A stretch of 64,000 nucleotides of DNA. Source: Protoeuglena noctilucae (taxonomy: Eukaryota). Positions 13,440-25,900 of this stretch are shown here, one piece after another. The stretch is taken from contig OY253679.1 in NCBI GenBank assembly GCA_958009085.1, positions 558,001 to 622,000 of the forward strand, in the 5' to 3' direction. A program made the translations under genes and the position numbers. Within the stretch, counting starts at the first letter, position 1. Every line of letters starts with the position of its first letter. Under the pieces are notes generated by a model, which had not been told where the DNA came from, did no database searches, and saw only the letters and a list, made by a program, of their open reading frames with translations.

Positions 13440-14969
13440 TCAGAGCATCTCCTGGCTCTTGCGCACGATTCGTGCCACCTTCTTCTTGAAATCTTCCCGA
13501 GACTCGCGCCACTCTTTTGCGGCATCGATGTTGGCTGGGCTCTGCGGCGAGTGGGGGCCCAGACTCCTCTGAGGCCATGCGTCATCACGTGAGCAAGCAC
13601 CGCATGTGCTCACGTCGTCACGGGCATGGCGGCGCAGTCCCACTGCGCATGCGCAAGGCTCACTGCGCACAGCTGCGGGCGGCACCTACAGGGCGACCCC
13701 ACCGCACGCACCTCGTCGTTGGGTGAAGACAACATCGATATGATGGACAGAAGGATGGACTCGACAGTGTGGACCGGCCTCCAACGCTCCCCCGCGTCCT
13801 CGTAGCCGTGCGGGTCGTCCCCTGCGAGCGTCCGCGCAACAGCCGCCCGTTGCGCCTCGACGGACGGGAGAGCGGGACCAGCCAGCCGTCCAGCAGCCGG
13901 TCGTGTGCGTACGGAGCACGGTGCGCTACAGCGGTGGCGCACTCACCCGGGTCGTGCAGGATGGAGATGCAAACGCGACCGTCCTTGTACACGTTGGGGT
14001 GCCACATTTCGGAAGTGAAGCGCACGCACGGAGGGCGATTGGGGTAGTCCTCAGGGAAGGACATGACGGCGTTGAAGAAGCCCCCCTCGTACTGCGGGTC
14101 ACGACGTGAGGCGACGGATGAGGTGTCCCCGGCGTCCCCTGGCACGCGAGGCAGACCCCGCGCCGCGTCGCACCAGAGTGTCCTGCGGTCCGATGATCGT
14201 GACCTGCCACTGGAAAACGTCCGAGTCGTCCACGAGGCCCGCCGAGAAGCCCTCCACAGGATTGTTCGTCAGGTCTGCGCCGGAGCGGGGGCCGAGGCCA
14301 CGTCAGAAGCACAGGAGAAGGCTACAAAGATGCTCGAAGCGGCAGGCAGGCATGCGAAGCCCAGGGGCGCGGCGAGGGCCGCAAGGGGGCCCGCACGCGA
14401 CGTGACGCCTCAAGGCAGCTGGTTGCGGCCATCCCGCGCGCTAACAGGGCGATGCGGGAACACCACAAAACGACAACATAGGCAGCCTCGGCAGGCGGAC
14501 CGGTAATACGCGTCGACTCGGCGGAAGACGGAGAGGAGCGGGTCGAACGACAAGAGGGTCGGCCTCCCGGCCCTGGCGGATGGTCCGGGCGGACCACACG
14601 CAGGCCGGGGACCAAGCCGAGGTCAGAAAATGACGAACGCCGCACCAAGGCCGAGCTCACGACGCCGCGGGGTGATGCCATGGCGACGGCAATCCCCGAG
14701 AGCGCGCACAGGGAATGTCAGCGCGTCACGAGCGAGCGATAAGCAGTCTATTCTGAAATGTAAAGTTTGGGAAGCAAGAGAAAGTCTGGAAGGCGATGTC
14801 GGAAGTGGGCGGGACAAAAGCAGAAAACGGAACCCCCAGGGCGTGGAGGAGCGCAGGGAGACGTCGGGCGATACAGTTACATCCAAACCAGGCAAGCGAG
14901 CTCACCTCTGAGCTGCCTCCGCAACAGCGCCGCGGCCAGGCCCCTGTCCCCGCCCCCCGCGGACGCCAT
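13440..14969 (-). CDS. UBC7: Ubiquitin-conjugating enzyme E2, UBC7/UBE2G family
   Basis: [62 protein letters not shown] acidic-loop insertion, [24 protein letters not shown]...VRKSQEML*. Confidence 0.95.
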
Positions 14970-15617
14970 GGCACTCCCCGCCGCTCGACTGGACGCCGGG
15001 GGCCACGATGCAATGCAATCACCAGTCCTGGGCCCGCCTCGGTCCCGCAGCTACCCGCACTGGCCGGTCCTGTCTCAGCAGGTCGGTGGTAACAGCTCGC
15101 AAACGCAATGGGACGTCGGCAGCTGGGCAGAGCGATGCATTCTTGCGCGCTGTTGACGGCACTCTGTGTTCAGCGGGCCAAGTCAGCTGTAAGGGCTCTA
15201 CCCTCTGGCGCGAGGCGCTGCAGCACATCTGGCTCTTGCAATTCTTCCAAGCCTTGAGGACTGACGCCGTCTTTAACAGCCACCGTCACTGCCACAGCCA
15301 CAAACGGCGCTCCCACTAGTCAACCCAGCGCACGGATTACCAAGCCACGACAGGCTAACCCTAACCCAGGCTGGGCGGAGAGGCAGAGGCAGGCGAGCGG
15401 TGAGCGCGGGTGTGGATGATGCGGTGCACATCAGGTGGATATCGTCTGCGGTATCCAAGACTCAGGGTGGGCGGGGAGGGTCCGCGCGCTGGACGGGGTG
15501 CAGCGCGTGGCGGGAGAGAGGGCTGCGCATTCTGTGCATGACCAGCGGGAGCGGTAGCGATGCAATTGCATGCTTGCATCATCAATATCTCGACAGCGAC
15601 GCGCGTCCTCGCTGCAG

Positions 15618-17065
15618 TCCCAGGCGGCGACGCTGGGCGCCGTCGGTGTGTGCTGCACTGGGCGGGGAGGTGCGGGTGTGGACTGGGGACGAGGTGGTGG
15701 AGGCGTTGGAGAGAGGTGGCGTGGTGGACCTGGGGGCCAGGGAGGTGGTGCTGCCGCGCAGAGTCACGGTGGAAGGAGCGAGAGTAAAGGCGACGGTGCA
15801 GAACGGGACGGTGCGGGTGTCGAGTGCGAATGCTGGGCTGGGGCAGGGGTACGCTTTGGGTGCCACAAGGGGCGGGGAGCTGCGCCTGGAGGGCGTACGG
15901 GTGGTCGGGGCAGGGGTTTTGTGCGCTGAGCGTGGGCACTTGACGCTGGTCGACACGCTTGTGACGAATGCGGTTGGGATAGGGCTGGGGGTACGGGATC
16001 AAGGGAGCGGTCGTGCACGGGGGTCGCATCAGCGGGTCTTTGTTGATTGGGGTGTCTTGCATAACAGGAGGGCAGGCGGAGCTGCACAGCGTGGAGGTCG
16101 CCGGCTGCAAGAGCTTTGTCGTTCATGTATCCGAAAGAGGCAGCAAGGTGGTTATGCAGGGAGGTCGCGTTGCGGGGTCCCAGGAGGGTCATGGGGTGCT
16201 CTGCCAAGATGGCGGGCAGGCGGAGCTGCGGGGCGTGGAGGTCGCCGACTGCACGCAGTGGGGCGTGGCGGTACTAGCCAGGGGCAGCAAGGTGGTCGCG
16301 AGGGGGGGGCGCATCGTGAGGTGCGGGGTGGGTGGAGGTGGAGTGGCGTGCCAGGATGGGGGTCGTGCGGAGTTGCAAAGCGTTGAGATCGCCAACTGCC
16401 ATGACCGCGGCGTGGTGGTCGACGGCAAGGGCAGCAAGGTGGTGGTGCAGGGGGGGCGCGTTGCGGGGTCCCGGGAGGGTCATGGGGTGTACTGCACAGA
16501 TGGGGCCCAAGTGGAGCTGCGGGACGTGGAGGTTGTTGACGGTACGTTGTATTGCGTGCATGTCACTGGCAAGGGCAGCAAGGCGGTTGTGCAGGGGGGG
16601 CGCATTGCGGGGTCCAAGAGGGGTCATGGGGTGTACTGCTACGATGGCGGGCAGGCGGAGCTGCGGGGTGCGGAGGTCGCCGACTGCAGGCTGTGCGGTT
16701 TGCTCATAAGTGGGAAGGGGAGCAAGGCGGTTGCGAAGGGGGGACGCATTGTCAGGTCCGCGGGGGGTGATGGGCTGGCCTGCCAAGAAGGGGCTTGGGC
16801 GGAGCTGTGGGACGTGGAGGTTGCGGATTGCCGGAGGTATGGCGTGTTTATCAGCAAAAATGGCAAGGGCGTTGTGCGTGGGGGCCGCATCTCAAGGTGC
16901 ATGGAGGGCCCTGGGGTGTACTGTGCCGACGGGGGACATGCCGAGGTGCGGGACGTGAAGATCTCCGACTGCAAGGATGGAGGCTTGTTCTGCGGCGGCG
17001 GGACCATGTCGCACAGCGGGTGCATGGTGTCCGGGTGTGGAGCGGGGTCTCCGCGCGAGCGCTGA
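15618..17065 (+). pseudogene. Right-handed parallel beta-helix repeat protein (about 7 repeats of 47-49 aa), interrupted by a frameshift near 16009
   Basis: ORFs 15400-16386 and 16013-17065 join in one repeat register only via a frameshift; repeat unit GGQAELxxVEVADCxxxGVxVxGxGSKVVxxGGRxxGSxxGHGVxCxD; no introns seen in the repeat region; 5' end not resolved. Confidence 0.6.
16020..17040 (+). repeat. Degenerate tandem coding repeat, about 144 nt unit
   Basis: Near-identical DNA blocks such as cgc(g/a)ttgcggggtcc...gggtcatggggtg at about 16167, 16457 and 16601. Confidence 0.85.
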
Positions 17066-17122
17066 GGGGGGCTTTCCCTCGTTAAGGCTTCTTGCCCATT
17101 GAAAGAAAGACTTCGACAACCC

Positions 17123-19711
17123 TCACCACCACAGCCACACGCGGCGCGCGTCGACCCACCCCCGCTCGCGCATGCGCCACGCCACCGCACCGAGCAAAGC
17201 CATCACGCACACGACCGTCGCGAAGCCCGCGGGGCCCAGACCCCCGGGGCGCCCCGCCTCGCGCGCAGGGCCCCCTTTGGCCGCAGCTGCTGGCGGCGCC
17301 CCGCCCGCCCCCCGCGACGACGGCTCGTCCCCGCGCCGGCGCTCACCGTCCCGCCCCAACGCCCCTCGCGCCAGTATCTCCGGCAGCACGCGCATCAGAT
17401 CAGCCATGTCGCCCTCCTCGGCGACGACGTACACGGGCGCAGGCAGGCCGAGCTTTTGGCAGTGACTGGCAGCGGCCACCTCGGCCTGCCGGGCGCCCTG
17501 TGCCGGCCCGGGGCTGCGGTTCCCCACCACGAGCAAGCGCGGCCCCGGTCCCAGCGACGTTGCGTCGAGCGACGTCGACAGGGCTTCCAGGAATCCCGCG
17601 CGGCCCTGACGCCCCGCATCAAACACCACCAGCGCGCCATCGTAGGCAGCATCGGGGAATGGGCGGCCGGCCGTGCTGCCCACGGTTTCGAGCAGGACCG
17701 TGTGGTCGGAGCCCTGCGAGATGTATGGAGGCTATATTATCGAATGTCAAGAAAACCACGTCGCTGTGCTCGGCGGACAGTGCCCCTTTGCGACTGCCTG
17801 CCGGCGGCTGCCAGTACTGCTCACCCCGACGGTGACCCGTGCGCACGCCCGCGGCTGCTTGACCATCGGCACCGTCGTGCCCTGCCGCATGGACTGCGCC
17901 GCCACGGCTGCCATGACGCGGTGCTTGCCCGAGCCGGGGGCCCCCGCCACGGCGCACCGCAGGAGGTGGGGGACCACCCCCGGCTGCGTCCGTCGCACGG
18001 CCGCCGCGGGCTCGCCGGGGAACCCGCAGATGATGAGGGAAACCACGCAGCGGGTGGAGTCGGTGTGCATGAACACATCCCAAAGCGCGAGGAACTGCGG
18101 GGGGACGGGGTGCGGGCCGGGATGCGAGCGGGCAAGGTGACAAGAAACATGCGTCGGTCTTAATTCGAGAAAGGACTGGCAGGATGACATCAGGAGTGCC
18201 TGTCTCGCTCTTATATCAACCTGGCAGACCCCGCACCTGGTCCACGGAGATGCCCAGGGTGCACTGCGCGTCGGGGAGCATGCAGGTGGACGCCGCCTCG
18301 CCCCACCGTCCGTCCAGCCCTCCTTCGGGCTCCATCGCGCTCTCCAACTCCGCCCACGTCATCATGCCTGGCACTGACCGGGCATGCGCTTCGACGAAAG
18401 CTACCAGAAACGCCCTGGCGTCCCCTGCGACGCGGGGACGGCGGCGGCAGTCATCGCAGCGTGATGCAGGCACTCGATGTAGTGGCTGGGGCCACGGCAC
18501 GACCCCTCACCCGACAGCTCCAACGCTCGCCCTGGCCCAGCGCCCCCCACGACCGCCTCCAAGCCCCGCTCCACCCACTCGTCGTCCAATGAGAGATCAT
18601 CACGCAGGTGAAAGGCCCGAAGAAGGTTCCACGCATTCTCGAGGTCCCCCGCCTGGACCATAAGGGCAAAGAGGTATTCAAGCCCCGAACGGGTGAGACC
18701 CTCCTGCCCTGCATCGTCCCTCGCGACGCCCGCCTCGCCCTGCACGTCCCCGACGACGTCGTACAGCTCCCTTAGGGTGGCAGCGTCGAGCTCGGTCCCG
18801 AAAACCTCTCGCTGCATCGAATTGATCCGCTCCGCTCTCTGTGGGGGGGAGCGGGAGCGGCAGGCAGGCACTTTAACGAGTCTCATCTCCGCGCCTGCGC
18901 TGTGACCTGCGCTGTGATCCTGCCTGGGCACGCGGCACTCGCCATGCAGGTGGCGCCCACGCCAGCCACCCTTCGGTAGACGTACAGCAGCGCACGCTGG
19001 CAGCCCGCCGTCATGGCGCCCCCTGCCGCTGCGTCCACCAGAGGGGTTGTCGGGAAGAGGACCTCGTGCTGCGCTATCTGAAACACCAGTCCCGCGCGCC
19101 CCTGCTCGGGGTCTGTGTATGTGGCGCTGCACTCCACGAAGGAAACCACAGCGGGGTCCTGCACCACCAGCGCCCGGGCCCGCTCCGCCACCACGCGCTC
19201 GACCACGTGCTGCGCTGGGCCGGGCTGCAGCCCGAGGGCGGAACCGACTCCGAGGTCTGCTTTGCACGCTGCCACGACGATGGGCAGCCCGTGTCGCTTG
19301 AGGCCCGGCAGCCAGGAAGTCACGGCTCTGTCGAGCGCCGGGACGCCGAGGCTAAGATCGACGCACAGGACGACGGCGTCCGCATCGCGAATGGCTTCCT
19401 CCACGCTTGCGCGGCACGCCTCGGTCACGAGGACGGGGCAGCGCGTGCCGGGGAGAGCGAAGGTGTCGGGGAGCGCAGGGTAGGATGGCTCCGACGGCAC
19501 GACATCCCCCTGTTCGAGGGCACTGCGATGGAGGGGAAGGATTGTCGATCTCCCCGGCGAAGCATGCTGCGCCGCAGCGCGGCAAGGGTTCGGGAGCCCC
19601 TCGCCTGCGTATCAAGGACGTCTTGCCGCTCGCGTCATCGCCCACAACCAATATACGCGTGGGACGGCTCGCGCGGCGAGGCGACAGCCTCGGCAGCTCA
19701 AGCCCGCTCAT
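17123..19711 (-). CDS. MIRO: Divergent mitochondrial Rho GTPase (Miro-like): GTPase, EF region, GTPase, tail anchor
   Basis: RILVVGDDASGKTSLI, PIVVAACKADL, FVECSA, VFQIAQHEVLFPTTPL, GLTRSGLEYLFALM...AWNLLRAFHLRDDLSL, second P-loop GAPGSGK, C-terminal TM FATVVCVMALLGAVAW followed by basic residues. Confidence 0.8.
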
Positions 19712-20068
19712 CCAAATCAGACGCACGCATCAACCGCCCCAATGGCTCCAGACCAGGTACCTGTTGGGCTGGCGACGCGGTCCAGCCCCAAGCAGGGGAG
19801 CTACGCGAGGCAGGTAACGGGGAGTGAGGCATCCAATTTGTCGTCTCAGCGCCAGCCCGACTGGGGATGACCGTGAGGGCACCTGACCAGCGGGGCCGCG
19901 GGGCGGAATGCGGATTTCCACCCCGGACCCAGCCCGCGTCGCGTAATACTGCCGTCAGGAAGCCTCAATCTCTCCGCCAATCGCAGTCATCGCGCTCGTT
20001 CCCAGCCTTCGCACTCCCCGAGCGTCCTGCAGCCCCTCGGAATCACCCCGCGCCCTGCCGTCTCCGCC

Positions 20069-22471
20069 ATGTCCTCTACGATGGATTGTCGGCCCTGTGT
20101 CGGCCGCAGCAGGCGAGTTGGCGCTTGGTTTCAGCGTGCCGTGCTGAACACTGCCGTGCCTCAACCGGCTGCGCTCCCCCCGTATCGATGGAGGCCTCAC
20201 AGCGCCGGCCGCCAGCTTTTGATTGTCAAAATGTACTCGCTGGGGCCGCCGCGGGCGCGCTCGGCCGCACAGCCGCAAAGCCCGCCCACCCTACATCTCG
20301 GCGAGCCGCGGGGCGCGGGGAGACGCTCATCCGCGCCCGCCCGTCTCTGCACCTGGCATATACATATCATTTTTCGCCCCCTCGCCCGTCTCTTGCCTCA
20401 CGCGCGTCATTGCCTCATTCCCTCCTCCACAGGCGCTGTCCGGGGGTCCCGGCTACCGAGACGAGGAGGGTCGTGAAGTCAATCTGCGGCTGGCTCATGG
20501 GGAAGGACACGGTGAGACTTGTTACAAGCAGGAGACTTGCCGGACACCCACGGCGCAGTCTGCCCAAGCCCAGCCCGCGTTCGCCACTCACCGCAGTGCT
20601 GCTATGCGAAGAAGTACAACCTCGGCTTCACGCGGGTCGCATCTGCGCAGCGCCTCTTCAAGTCCATCGCCCGGGTCTGCGAGGAGCACGCGGCAACGGA
20701 GGACGCGCCGCTGGCCGCGCTGCTGGCCCAGGTGGTCGCAGCCGTGCGACCCCTGGTGGCAGAGGATGGCCACGTGTCGGAAGCGGACCTGGCGGCGCTT
20801 CTGGAGGTCGGCAAGGCCGAGAAGGACATGAAGGACATCGCGACCCCCTGGGACCAGGGGTCCTGCGGCGGCGCACTGGCGCGCCTCGCCGAGCACCTGC
20901 GCGCCAGCGGGGCTGACCTTGCGGTCCGTGTACGCGGGCCCAGGGGCAAGGGCCGCAAGGTCCCCGTGCCGTCCCCGGCCCTGCCCCCCGATCGGCCCCC
21001 TGATCGCGTGCTGAGGGATCTCGGCGCCGCGTCTATCCGCTGGCTCGTCGCAGAGGTCTACCATTACAACCTCGAGCACCATCGCCAGGGGCGCGAGGCT
21101 TTCCTCTTCCGCATCGAGGCGCCCATCGACAAGGCCCCACTGCCTGCGGCGGCCGGCCTGCCGCCTGGCCGTGGAGACCCGCCCGACGGGGGCGGGGGCA
21201 TCGCACCGGGGGCGGCAGCGAGCTCGGCTGCGCACGTCGCTGTCGCCCCCGCGATCTACGCCCACGTGTGCAGCCCCCCCGCCTCGTCGGCTCCCGATGA
21301 GCGGGGCACGGCCCCTGGGACCGCCTCGGTTGGTGAGTAGCGGCGCCGGCACGCGCCTCCCCAATGCGCACCTCCCTCGCCACGGCTCGCTGACCCCCGC
21401 CACGCCCCCCTCCGCGCCTGCAGAGGTGGCCCCTGCGGGCTCCCCGGTGGTCGCGGCCCCGGGCGCAAACACCGCGCGCTTCTGCCCCCTGGGCAGCGCG
21501 ATGTCGGTGGAGTCGGCCCCCGTGGCCGGCTTCAAGCGCCCGCGGGCTTGCGCCCCTTGCCCCGACGTGGACGGGGACGAGTGGGTGATGCCCGCTGACC
21601 CGTGGCACGCCGTCTTCGACTCCACAGCAAAGCGGTGAGGCGCCGGGGGTGTGCCTTGGGTCATGCGGTGCCCCACCCAGCGTGGTGGCACGCGAGCCGA
21701 CGCGACGCCGCGCCCTCCCGCCTCGCAGGAAAAAGCCGGACACGTGGGCGGACATCCCGCCTCTGGAGCCGCGCGACCTGTCTGTCGGTGAGTTGGGTGC
21801 TGGCTGAGACGCGGCACGGCTAAACCACCAGCTGCCATCACTGTACTCACTGCAACCTCCACTGCCGCTGCCATGCAGACCTGGCCGATCTCGAGTCGCT
21901 CGGGACCAGCGGTCGACGCTGGGCGTCTCTGCCTCCAGTCATCATGCTCCCTGCCTCGCCTGTCGCTGGTCGCGCGCTGACGGCGGCGGGGGTCGCTCGC
22001 GACCCCCATCGAGCTGTCGACGTGGACCGTTCGACCTTCCATGACCACCGGGTCCGTGCCCCAGCGGCTCCCGGTACTTTTCTCCTAGAGCAATACCATG
22101 ACATCGCCCTGTGCGACCTGCTGGACGACGCGCGGTCGGCGGAGGTGGTGGAGGCAGTTGTCGCCATGTGCGACAACGCGGGCCTCGACCGCTTCGTGGG
22201 GTGCGACGCAGAGCAGCTCGTCAACATCGAGACGCTGCTGGCGCTGGCGGAGGCAGAGGCGGAGGCAGTGGACGGGCCGGCCCAGACGGGCGCGGCCTGC
22301 GCGGTCGAGGCGGGGGGGCTGTCGGGCCGCGTGACGCCCTGGGAGGGCGTCGCGCCTACGGTAGCCAACTCCCCTGCTGTAGACAATGTCGCCGCCACCG
22401 CCGCAAAGGACGACGAGCCCGGCCTTGTTGTCACCTTCCCGGGCTGGGATGCCTTCTGGGTCCTCCATTGA
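20069..22471 (+). CDS. Multi-exon hypothetical protein, no family recognised
   Basis: Coding-like, GC3-rich exons bounded by GT-AG sites (20431-20511, 20597-21332, 21424-21634, and a last exon ending TGA 22469-22471); start uncertain. Confidence 0.5.
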
Positions 22472-22928
22472 TAGTCCACCGACCCCGCCGAGCGTAGCGC
22501 TTGTGTTTTGAAACGAGTGTATGCCCTGCCAGTCTCTGTCGGCTGACATCTCGCTTCCAACAAGAAAGCGGGGAGATCGCGCCATGTGCCATAGTCGCCT
22601 GCTGCGGCCCCGCAAGGCACACATGGGGTGCGCCGCGTCCACGACGAGGTGAGGGGGTGCGACTCGATGCACGGGCCAGTGCTGGAGACCCAATCACGCC
22701 GGCCTGGCGTTGTTTGAGGAACCTCGTGGAGTATATAGCATAATGGAAACCCCTCGCGTGCGCGGAGCATACGATTTGCTCCTTGGGGACTGTGGGCACG
22801 TCCCACAAGTGGCTAGCTGGGCCTTACACTGCGTTGCGGGATTTCCTGCTGCGCTCATTCCATTTTTTTACTCGTTTGGGGGCCATGGTATCTCGAACGG
22901 CAGCGTGGGATACGAGTTTGGGTGCCGC

Positions 22929-25900
22929 ATGGAGCAGGCATGGGGAGGCACATCGCTGCCGTCGACCGCTGCGTCGTGCGTGACGGGATGCCCACGAGCA
23001 GAGATTCCGACGCCTTCTGCTGCGAACGGGCCCCGTGCGCACGCGTCGTTGGGTGCGCAAGCCCGCTTTACCTGGGAGGGCTTTTTGGAATCCACTGTCC
23101 CCCGAAGCGCCCTTTGCAGGAGCGTGGGGCCACCGGGCTCACCGGAGGCGCAAGGTCCGTGGGGTCGCCTGGCCAAGAACACGTCGAGCGGGCACCCGGA
23201 CCGTTTCGGCGCGTCGACCAAGCCGTCCGACGAGGGCTCCATCAAGCCCCTCGCGACGCGCGCGTCCGGTGCGCCTTCCCGCTTCTCGTCCACGCATTTC
23301 TCGGATGGCACCCCGGTGCACGGCCCCGCGGGCGCGTGGGAGCCGACCCACAAGGCCCGGCGCCGTGCCGTCGGGAAGGACGTGCTTTTGGAGCCCCTCA
23401 GGTGCCGCCCGCCTCTGCGACAGCGCCCGCCCTGCCGGATACCCAGCTGCATCGATCCAGGCTTCCAACGCCGCGGGTCCGGGCCCCCGCATGATCCAGA
23501 ACCGCGCCCCCTTCGTGCGCTGCAGGCGGCAAATGGCGGGGCCAGTGCTGGTGGACGATTCGGGAGATGAGGCAGGGGCCGACGACGAGGGTTCGGACGC
23601 CGAGGGCGCCAGTCACGGCTCCGCGTCGGACATCCCGGACGAGCGCAAGTGGCTCGTGGCGTCCCTGACGTCGTCGTTCCTGTTCAGCGACATGCGCCAC
23701 CGGTGGCTGGTGCGGGTGGCGTCGCTCATGTCCCGCGCGGAGCTGTCCGCGGGGACGGAGATCGTGCGGCAGGGCGACGAGGTGGGCGACGCGGACTGCA
23801 TGTACGTGGTGGGCGAGGGCCTGGTGGACGTGGTCATCTTCGGGACCCTGGACGAACTCCAGCGCATCCTCGAGGGCAACCCGGAGGCGGAGCTGGTCGC
23901 GGACGGTGGGGACCCGCCGCAGTACTGCCTCCGCTTCTCCCGGGGCAAGGGGACCATCCTGGGGGACTCTGGCCATGGTGTTCATCAGTCCCCGGAGCGC
24001 GTCAATGGTCGCACGCACCGGTGAGGGGATTCCTGATACATACCGTGACAACATCTGATCGACGAATGAGATGGTTTTGTGAACACGCGTGTCATGCGAG
24101 ACGTGGGACGCAGGCCTGTCGCAGGGCCGCGTTCGCATGCCCATCGCCCACTGTGCCGCGCAGCGAGTCGACCCTGCAAGCTTCTCCCTCCCTGCAGACT
24201 GCACCCTGTGGACGCTCACCAAGAAGGACTTTCACAGGGAGGTCGCGCCCCGTGCGCCCTGGATGCGCCTCCTGCACTTTGCGCGACGGGTGCCGTTCTT
24301 CACGGGCGTGACGGACGCGGAGCTGCTGGGGATCCTCACGGGCACCTCCCAGGAGCATTACGCGGACGGGGACCTGATCATCCAGAGGCGAGTGGGGCCG
24401 GAGCTGCAGCTGTCACGCTTGGCCAGGCACTGGCGGGGCTGTGATGGACTGGCAACCACTTGCGCTGTGCTGGGGGCGGTGCGTGAGGGCTACCCGCCGC
24501 ATACGGTGCCACACGGTGTGTGACAGAGGTTACGGGGCCAGTCACGCGCGCGCTGATCTCCTCGCAGGGGCATGAGGGACGAGAAGGTGTATGTGATTCG
24601 GCACGGCATGGTGGGCGTGATGGGGGGCGACGAGGGCGGGGAGCCGCGGGAGGTCATCCGGCTCGGCAGGGGCCACGTGATCGGGGAGCGCGTGCTGATC
24701 GGCAGCAGCATGCGCACGGCGGACTGCGTGGCCCGGGGGGACGTCACGGTGCTCGTGCTGCAGAAGGCAGACATCCTGCGCGTCGAGTCGCCCATCTTCG
24801 AGTGGATGCTCGACTACGAGATCCTACTCAGGTGAACGGGACTGCCGGGATTGCTCGCTTTCTTTTATGCTGCCACGCTGTGCCTGACGCACGCCCGGGG
24901 TCAGGTAGGCGGACCTGACCTCGCCAGATCTCACCCAGCGTCATGATCCTCGCGGTCAGGGATCCGATAGGCGCTTACCAAGCATGTGGTGAACTCCCGC
25001 TTGCCTTTCCATGCCCGCAGTGTCGTGCGTCGGTCGGCGTACCTGAGTCGGTTTGACCTAGAGGGGACGCTGGACGAATTTCAAAGAGAGATTTACACGG
25101 AGGGGACGCAGGTCATGAAGGCGGGCGAAGTGCCAAGCCGCGTGTGGGTGCTGCGGACGGGGGAGGTGTCCGCAGAGGACGGGGAGGTGAGGGTGGGCGT
25201 GTGCTGGGAGTGTTGGGGAGGTGAGGGTGAGGACCTGCTAACACTTCCCACTCTTTGCCATGAACCAGCACGTTTTGCGAGCTACATTAGCTACGAGAGC
25301 GCTCTGGTCTCCGATCGCAGGGCAACTTTGTGGGCGTGGAGTACTTCGACTTGCCGTACGGCTTCGTGGTGTTTGGGGGCGGTGACGAGCCATCCCCGGT
25401 GACGGTGCGGGTGGCCACGGAGACGGCGGTGCTTCTGTCGATTCCTAACCCAGAGCTGGGGGACAGGGCGGGGGTGGGGGAGGACCTGCAGGAGGACGCG
25501 CGGCGCATCGTCGAGGAGCTGGCCAAGATACCCGCGTTCCAGGTGACGCATGACCTGATGTGGTACCAGGAGGGGTTGTGAGTGAGGCAAGCATGGCAAC
25601 GTGCTATGACTTGTCGAGCATGCTGCAGCGTGCTGTGAGCAGGTGAGCGTGACTCTTGCAAATGTAAACGCACCGGGCCACTCCTCTCTTTGCCCATGCA
25701 CCGCTGCCCAGCCACCCTCCCATGCCCAAGCGTCGCCTCTCTTGCCTTGCCCTCGCAGATGCTCCCCGAGGCGGTGCGCCGCAACCTGCAGGGCCTGAGC
25801 GCCTTCGCCAACCTGGCCTCGCTGCGCCTGGGGGAGGTGGTGTACCCCGAGGGAGCACCGATGGACGCGGCCATGACGGTGCGGTCGGGGGAAGTCGAGG

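Noticed and set aside
15355..15367. ctaaccctaaccc, a telomere-like repeat just upstream of the beta-helix gene
   Set aside because: Only about two units; too short to support an interstitial telomere or a telomere-targeting element
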